Source: Zancudomyces culisetae HAW-14-8 (Eukaryota > Fungi > Kickxellomycota). Taken from it: a stretch of 64,000 bases of DNA. The notes under the pieces were generated by a model. The model was not told the origin of the DNA, made no database searches, and was given only the letters and a program-made list of their open reading frames with translations. The DNA lies in assembly GCA_052426225.1 (NCBI GenBank), contig JBNJNM010000009.1, positions 1,178,001 to 1,242,000 of the forward strand, written 5' to 3'. This document shows, piece by piece, positions 57,495-64,000 of the stretch. The position numbers and the translations under genes are program-made. Numbering within the stretch: the stretch's first letter is position 1; the number at the start of each line of letters is the position of its first letter.

Positions 57495-60400
57495 TTTTGC
57501 TAAGCTAAGGTTTTTTTCTTTGTGTATTTCAAAATATGAACTATATTCTATCGAATATTTTGGTTTTTAAAATTTCTATTTTCCTGGCTCACTATTTATT
57601 TATATACATTTTTCCAAAGTAGTTTTTTCCGCCTTCCCCTCTCCCCTTCCACTCTTCTCCCCTCCACACCTTTTTTATCCCTTGCCTTTCCATTTTTCAA
57701 TTAATTTGGTGTTATTTTTTTACCATTAAAGTAAATGCATGTCAAAACCATCCAATGGCTAGAACGTATTTTTTTTCGTATATATTTTTTTGTTAGCAAG
57801 GTTTTTCCTTTTCTTTTATCAAATTTTCCACTGAGCCTATAGCTGCAATGTATTTTTCTGGCAAACTGGCACCAAATAAGCGCATATATTTGATCAACAT
57901 TTTAATAGTACATAAATAAACCTGTATGTAGAACAAAAAACAATATTATGCTGGTGGGATTGTTTTCCACATATGGACAGATCTTTACCGAATTTTATTA
58001 CCTTGCTCCCTCGTTTTTTTTTTACTGTATGCTGTATGTTGTGTACTGTGTACTGTGTACTGTGTGCTGCATGTTGGTGAATCGAATCAATTAGATATTT
58101 ATTTGTTCCCACCTTTTCTAATTAAAATTAACGTGTTTTTTTTACTTTTTTTTCAAGTGGTAATTTGCATTTGTAAAACATTTATAATCTCCGCCGTTTT
58201 TATCAGGCACTTTATCTTTTCGTTTCTTGTGGGTTTTCGAAAACCGAGTTGAAGATTGGCAAGCTTTTCAGTTGTATAATTAGGTTTTTGTAACATAATT
58301 TTATATCAAGGCCTTGTCAAGCCTTTTCTTCGATTTTTTTTTTGCATAATCATATGTTTTATATATTCTTATCTGGTTTGCCAGTGCTAGATAAACAAAC
58401 CCAAAATATTTTTTTGCTGAAGGGAAGAGAGCACGTAGCAATTATTGTTGCTTATGCAAACCACTTGCATACCTTGTACCAATTCTGCTATCGAGGTGCA
58501 TTCATACCTTGAAACGGCATGAACCAGTTGATCACACATATACTGCTATGTTTATTAACATTACTCCCCGAAAAAAGTTTAGGAAAGGTTATGTAAACAT
58601 CACTTCCATCATACTTAAGGAGTTTCCTGTCTCCTCAGAGTTACATGAGGGAAGGGCTTTGTCCTTAAAGGTTCGTCTTTACATTTGCACTTTTTTAATA
58701 ATTTTCTTGCTTGTGATACCTTATCCGCCTTTAACCACCACCTCTTGTTCTTCAATCTACAACCCCTAAATCTATGCAAATTTACCCTCATGACCAACAA
58801 ATTACCCACCCAAGTTAACATGCTGTGAAACAAATTAGGACAATCATTCTGAGAAATGTACTGCATGTTGCCCCGTGCGCCAATAGTTTCCAAAGTTTAT
58901 TATGATCATACCATGTGAAGAAAAGAAGCGAGGTGTGCTAGTGAAACAAGTAGAGAGGAGGGAGAGTAAGATTGGGAAGTGATAAAGTGGGTATAAACGC
59001 AAAATTCGACTTTTCAGCCACAAGGCGACGGTTTTTCAAATTTCTTCTCACTGTTTTTTTTTTTGTTTCCATAAGGATAGATTAGATTGACTTTACCAAA
59101 TTTGCAAAAGCAAACAGCGTAAAAGGATAAAGAAAAAAAATCAATCTCATTTCTGGGCACTTCACGCAGAAACTCGCAGAGTTCAGAAAAACACATTCTT
59201 TTTACTGCATATCCTACCCGAACGTTTGTAAGTTTCCAAAGTCACTCATCACCTTCTTTCGCCTTATGAACTATACTAATGTACACAGCAGCTAGTCTTC
59301 CTCTCACACACTCTTTTTCTCTAAAAGCAAAGAATACGATGCCTGATGGCGAAGTTGAGTATCAATTCTGCTCCTCCTCAAATTTACCACACTCTATCCT
59401 CCCCCATCCACCAACTTATGTAATACTGGGTAAAATCACTAGATGCAAACATCCATTAAATGATGATATGCCTATAACCATCCAACTCTATCGACCCATA
59501 ACTCCAACTTTTGAATCACGTAATTTCATCACCGTCTTCGCTTTTATGGGCTGGCTAATATTTTCGGGTTACACCTTTAACTAAAACAACAACCACGCCA
59601 TTACGCCGTACCATAAATGTGTTAGGCAGTCCCAGCCACCCAGAAACCAAAGTATTGATATTACTCCGATGTATTTTCCGGAATAACAAAATCAAACAAC
59701 AGAAGTTATCAAGAAAGCTTTTAACAGCTATACATTTACAAGATTATTATCAAACCATCCCTTTATATGGTTACATATCTTCTTTAAATAAAAATTTACT
59801 CCAATAAGAGGAAACAAGCACTAAGTTTATAATAGGCGATATGTCTATAATAGGATCAGCTATATATCATAATTCCTGATAGGCAAATATAATATCCTTT
59901 TTCACTGTTCTCATTTGTAAAGCAACTACACTTTGCAGATTTAGAAAGTATGACTTTACTATCTTGTTGTTTGTTGTGTTTTCTTTTCCTTCCCCATCCA
60001 ACTTTTTTTTTTTAGCGAATGATACTGTCATCATGTTAATATTTGCATCGATTCTTATAAATATTTTGATATTTTCTACCACTGGTAATAAAAGTTGTTA
60101 TCCACTATGATCAATTTTTAGAGAGTTTGCGCTCCACGTTTCTTACCATCACCATCGATACCATTCCTTTTTTTTCAAAGAATGGACATAGTAATCTCCA
60201 CATATCCTTTTTTCAAAAATGGCCTGTTTTTTCGTCAAGAAAATGTTAATGTTGGTAATTGTAAAAACTGGTGATATAACACAGAAAAACAGATTATAAT
60301 TAGACAGATCAGTTGAATTTTTTTTCTTTACAAACCGTTTTCCTAATCTCTTCGTCTATATAGCTCTTGGTATTGAGAATACACTCCCCAATAAAAATAA

Positions 60401-61355
60401 TACATGAATAGTGATAATAAATCACAAAAGATAGTTGTGTAGCTGCAAGTCCGGGTTAAATGCACGTCTGGTCTCTCCAGCCCCCCCCCCCCCCATGGCA
60501 GAGGTTCTTCCGTCGCACTCATGCTATATTTCGAGTTTTTCAACAAGAAATACATTGTTACTCCCATATATGTAGTGTTTGAGAATATTTGTTGATGGTG
60601 TATTTTACTCAATTGCGAAATTATGAGCAAAAACTCTATCAATATCTGTGATATGGCTTGAAATAGAAAAAAGGGGAAATTTATTGCAAGAAAAACAATA
60701 TAAATACACGACCATGGACAGCCAGAACTGCAGTCCATCTACACTAATATATTTATGCTTTTTTTATAAAATAAAACACCGCATCACAAACATGCCAATA
60801 AAATGAGGCGACACACTGTTATCGAACTCAGTGGGCGATGTTACTGAACGCTCGCTTGTGTAGTTTTATGTGGTACTTGTTTAGTAAATCCATCTAACAA
60901 AAAAAATACTGAACACTTGTTATATTTTCGCAAACAGATTTTATATGAGTTCCAATCCAGGCTCATTTTAAAAAAGATAAACTCCCTTTGCAACAAGTTA
61001 ATATCTATTTCAGAAACAATAAACTGATAAGGAAGATATGCCGAATCCTAATACATAAAGTTGAATGTTATTTTTTTGCTTTACCATAGTTTACGTGGCT
61101 TTGTTTGGATAGCTTTTACCCATACCAATTCCTCCACAACACCTTAATTTCCTAATAACAAAAGAAAAAATCAAAAAATGGTCAAATGAACTTCAGCAAC
61201 CCTTAAAAGTTTTTTTTTTTGGTTTTGTAGTTTGAAAAAAAAAACTTGTTCTTGTTCTTCAACATTTTGTATTTTGAATGCCCTCCGTGAGTATTGGCGA
61301 ACGTATTACATACTCTTTGACTCAATTCATTATAGAATCACACGAAATTGCTACA

Positions 61356-62441
61356 ATGAGCTTTCAACGTCTAGTATCCAGACAGCTTTTGAAATCGAAC
61401 ACGAGATTAGTACAGGGTAATGGCATGGCAATCTCGAGATTGCAGAATTCCCTTGCTCCCAGCACTCAATCTTTAAACAAGAATCTAGCTTGCTATTCAA
61501 CAGCAAATAAAAAATATACTAAAGCGCAAAAAGGTGTCGCAGGAGACAAAGGTACAAGCGGTGGTAGTGGTGGTGGGAGGGGTAGAATGCCCACTGTTCC
61601 GGCAATCCTTGCAGTAATGTCACTTGTCTTTTCGGCTTTTTACATGTTTAAAGATTCAGACAAGAACAAAGAAATGGCTAAGGTACAAAAGGACGAACTT
61701 GAGCAGGAAAAGGAGGAATTGATAGCCATGCTTAAAGAACAGGATAAGCTCGAAAAAGAAAGCAAAGATAAGACTGTTAGTGATAAAGATGGCGCCGGTA
61801 CGGAGGGCTACGTACCCGGAAAGATAGTTTCGGAGCGATTTAGTCAAAAAGAGATTGATGAATTCCCATTTGACAAAAAGACCGTGGTCTTCGTACTTGG
61901 TGGACCTGGTTCTGGAAAGGGCACAAATTCAGCCTACCTTGTTAGAGACTATGGCTTTGTTCATCTCTCGGCTGGTGATTTGCTTCGCGCTGAGCAGAAA
62001 CGCGAGGGCTCTAAGGTTGGAGAATTGATTGCTCATTACATCAAAGAGGGCCAGATTGTACCATACGAAGTCACTATTGGTTTGCTAAGAGATGCTATGA
62101 TGGATCACAAAGAAAGCGACAAATTTTTGATTGATGGGTTTCCCCGCTCGATGGAGCAAAAAGTTGCATTCGAAAATGGAGTTACAAACTGTAAATTCGT
62201 TTTGTACTTTGAATGTATCGAACCAATCCTAGTCGAACGCATTATGAACCGCGCAAAGACGAGTGGAAGATCAGATGACAATATCGACTCGCTGAAAAAA
62301 CGCTTTAAGGTTTTCCAAAACGAATCATATCCCGTTGTTGCAGAGTATCTAAAATACAACAAGGTTTGCACTGTCAATTGTAACGATTCGGTTGACAAGG
62401 TTTATTCCAATACCAAGGAATGCCTCGAGAAGTTTAAATAA
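61356..62441 (+). CDS. URA6: UMP-CMP kinase (adenylate kinase family) with N-terminal mitochondrial presequence and a TM segment
   Basis: P-loop VFVLGGPGSGKGT, HLSAGDLLRAEQ, IKEGQIVP, FLIDGFPR, SGRSDDNIDSLKKRF. Probable start MSFQRLVSRQ at 61356; alternative ATG at 61278. Confidence 0.9.
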   Translation: MSFQRLVSRQLLKSNTRLVQGNGMAISRLQNSLAPSTQSLNKNLACYSTANKKYTKAQKGVAGDKGTSGGSGGGRGRMPTVPAILAVMSLVFSAFYMFKDSDKNKEMAKVQKDELEQEKEELIAMLKEQDKLEKESKDKTVSDKDGAGTEGYVPGKIVSERFSQKEIDEFPFDKKTVVFVLGGPGSGKGTNSAYLVRDYGFVHLSAGDLLRAEQKREGSKVGELIAHYIKEGQIVPYEVTIGLLRDAMMDHKESDKFLIDGFPRSMEQKVAFENGVTNCKFVLYFECIEPILVERIMNRAKTSGRSDDNIDSLKKRFKVFQNESYPVVAEYLKYNKVCTVNCNDSVDKVYSNTKECLEKFK

Positions 62442-62872
62442 AATCGTGAAAACACAGTAGAGAGGGGAGAGGGATACTACAGGCTTTGAACTTCTCGACT
62501 TGGCTTTGGATTATGATCAAAATAAAAGGCACTGGTAAAGAACATACCATCTTCCTTTTCTATATCTTTTTCCCCATTACATTTAATTATTATTTGTTAT
62601 TTATTACTTTTTGAACGTTTAAACTAGAACCTTTTGATATTTAGACCACTTGGTCTTTTCTACTTTTTGTATATGTTTTAAACTGGTGCATGTTTTGGAG
62701 TAATTGATTTTTTTATATGTTGATCATTATCAGCTGTTCTCAGTAACTTTAGCTTAAGACATTTTTGTATGGTTAGTGTTTTTTTCTTTTTAGCAAGAAG
62801 ACGGGTGTGCACAATATATTGAAGTAAAAAATAACTACAAAGATACAGAAATGCAGTTTTACAAGACAAACT

Positions 62873-64000
62873 CTACGATTGCCACAAACCACTACTTCTG
62901 GCCATCTGCGCCGCTACCGGTAAACTTTTGGTCATGTTGATTGTGTTTCCGATATTGGTCGTTCTGGTTTGTAAAGGTTGTGGTTGCGATGTCCTACTCT
63001 TCATAAACAAGAGCTCTAATCTTGGGTATGATTTTTGAAGCGCCTTGGAGATAAGATGGTCGTTGGGAGGCCTGTGGATGTTGTTACCACTAAATGAGCC
63101 AGTAACGTTGTTTTTATTGATATTCGTTGCATCACTCTCAACGATGTTGTATTTGTTTTTGTTCAGGTACAATCCTTTTCTGATTAGCTCAGCCGCCTCA
63201 GTGAGAGTTATGGTTTTGATGTGGTTTGATTTTAGCTTTACAGACCCATATTTTATTGTTGCTTTGGTTAGAATCCTGAGCCAGTCATAAATTATGGATT
63301 TGTAATCATGCGATAAAATCAGTCTTTTCCGCTTCGATGTAAGCAGGATTGCAAGTCGATTGTTTACATGTTCTAAATTCATTACCGATACTTTGCAATT
63401 TGCCAACTCTATTATCCCAATTGGTGTAGTATCAAGTGCGCGCTTGAAGTAATGTAGTGAGCCGTTGTTATATAGCTTGAAGAACCGAGTCCTCCAAACA
63501 TCTATAGGCAAATAGTTTGTTTTTCTATCCAGCCACCCCTCTTTAACCAAAAACCCACTATCTGATGAATCTGATTCCAGTTTTGAGCTATACGCATTTT
63601 TTTCGTCTACGTTTTCCTGGTTACTACCCACTATACCTATAAACTTTGGCTGTATCTCGTATTCACTGATCATCCTTGGATCAGAAAGATTTATTGGTTT
63701 GCTACTAGATGCTCTTCTATATTTTTCAATACTAGCTTCGTTTATTACAGCCTTTTGAGTCTTCTTTTTAACTTGCGCCTGACTTGGCAAAATTTGGCTG
63801 TTATTTTTACTTTCCAGTCTTTTTACTACACTGAACTGTAAATCCAAACTCCTGTTAAAGATGTCATCTAGATGACTATTCTTGAGTAGGTTTCTATATT
63901 CCTTCATGTATATATAATTGCTACAGCCACATTCAACAAAATCTTCATTTCTAATGGTATTTACTACATTGAAGCTGTTCCTACCACTTTTTTGCTTTTC
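62873..64000 (-). CDS. PH-domain protein, 3' part only (gene probably begins beyond the window)
   Basis: VKEGWLDRK...WRTRFFKL..GSLHYFK....PIGIIEL...IYDWLRILTKA is a canonical PH pattern; ORF 62873..63907. Confidence 0.8.
   Translation of the reverse strand, partial: EKQKSGRNSFNVVNTIRNEDFVECGCSNYIYMKEYRNLLKNSHLDDIFNRSLDLQFSVVKRLESKNNSQILPSQAQVKKKTQKAVINEASIEKYRRASSSKPINLSDPRMISEYEIQPKFIGIVGSNQENVDEKNAYSSKLESDSSDSGFLVKEGWLDRKTNYLPIDVWRTRFFKLYNNGSLHYFKRALDTTPIGIIELANCKVSVMNLEHVNNRLAILLTSKRKRLILSHDYKSIIYDWLRILTKATIKYGSVKLKSNHIKTITLTEAAELIRKGLYLNKNKYNIVESDATNINKNNVTGSFSGNNIHRPPNDHLISKALQKSYPRLELLFMKSRTSQPQPLQTRTTNIGNTINMTKSLPVAAQMARSSGLWQS

Noticed and set aside
57500-61270. Short ORFs in the FBA1-URA6 spacer (e.g. 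59279..59584, 60343..60738)
   Set aside because: No recognisable domains or consistent splice structure; treated as intergenic.
63424-63433. GTGTAGTATC, the U2 snRNA branch-recognition sequence
   Set aside because: Isolated 10-mer inside the PH-protein CDS; the flanks do not resemble U2.
1-64000. Alternative genetic code, CRISPR array, tRNA/rRNA genes, transposase or RT ORFs
   Set aside because: Conserved motifs translate correctly with the standard code (e.g. CTG = Leu in Top1 ALRAGNEK) and all three stop codons are used. No repeat-spacer arrays, cloverleafs or mobile-element motifs were seen by eye.

Overview
Eukaryotic, AT-rich fungal genomic DNA with about 19 housekeeping-type protein genes. 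Short GT-AG introns and gene content suggest an early-diverging fungus, possibly Harpellales/Kickxellomycotina; that taxonomy is inference. Genes in order: mevalonate kinase, a Dis3L2-like RNB exoribonuclease, endonuclease V, EMC4, a GH16 glucanase, the PP4 catalytic subunit, a scramblase-like ORF, a DH-PH RhoGEF, a PAS-GATA transcription factor, a secreted subtilisin, ATP synthase subunit g, GINS Psf3, Swr1, Rrn3, a Caf120/Skg3-like PH protein, Top1, Fba1, a UMP-CMP kinase, and a PH protein cut by the window edge. I found no tRNA, rRNA, CRISPR array or recognisable transposon. The most striking unexplained structure is a saw-tooth strand asymmetry: multi-kb G/A-rich versus C/T-rich domains on the + strand. 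It flips in the middle of long intronless genes (visible at synonymous sites) and flips back in AT-rich intergenic tracts, largely independent of gene direction, which suggests fixed, closely spaced replication origins. Two convergent gene pairs have overlapping coding sequences, including two predicted RNA nucleases (50 bp overlap). All compositional statements were judged by eye, not computed.
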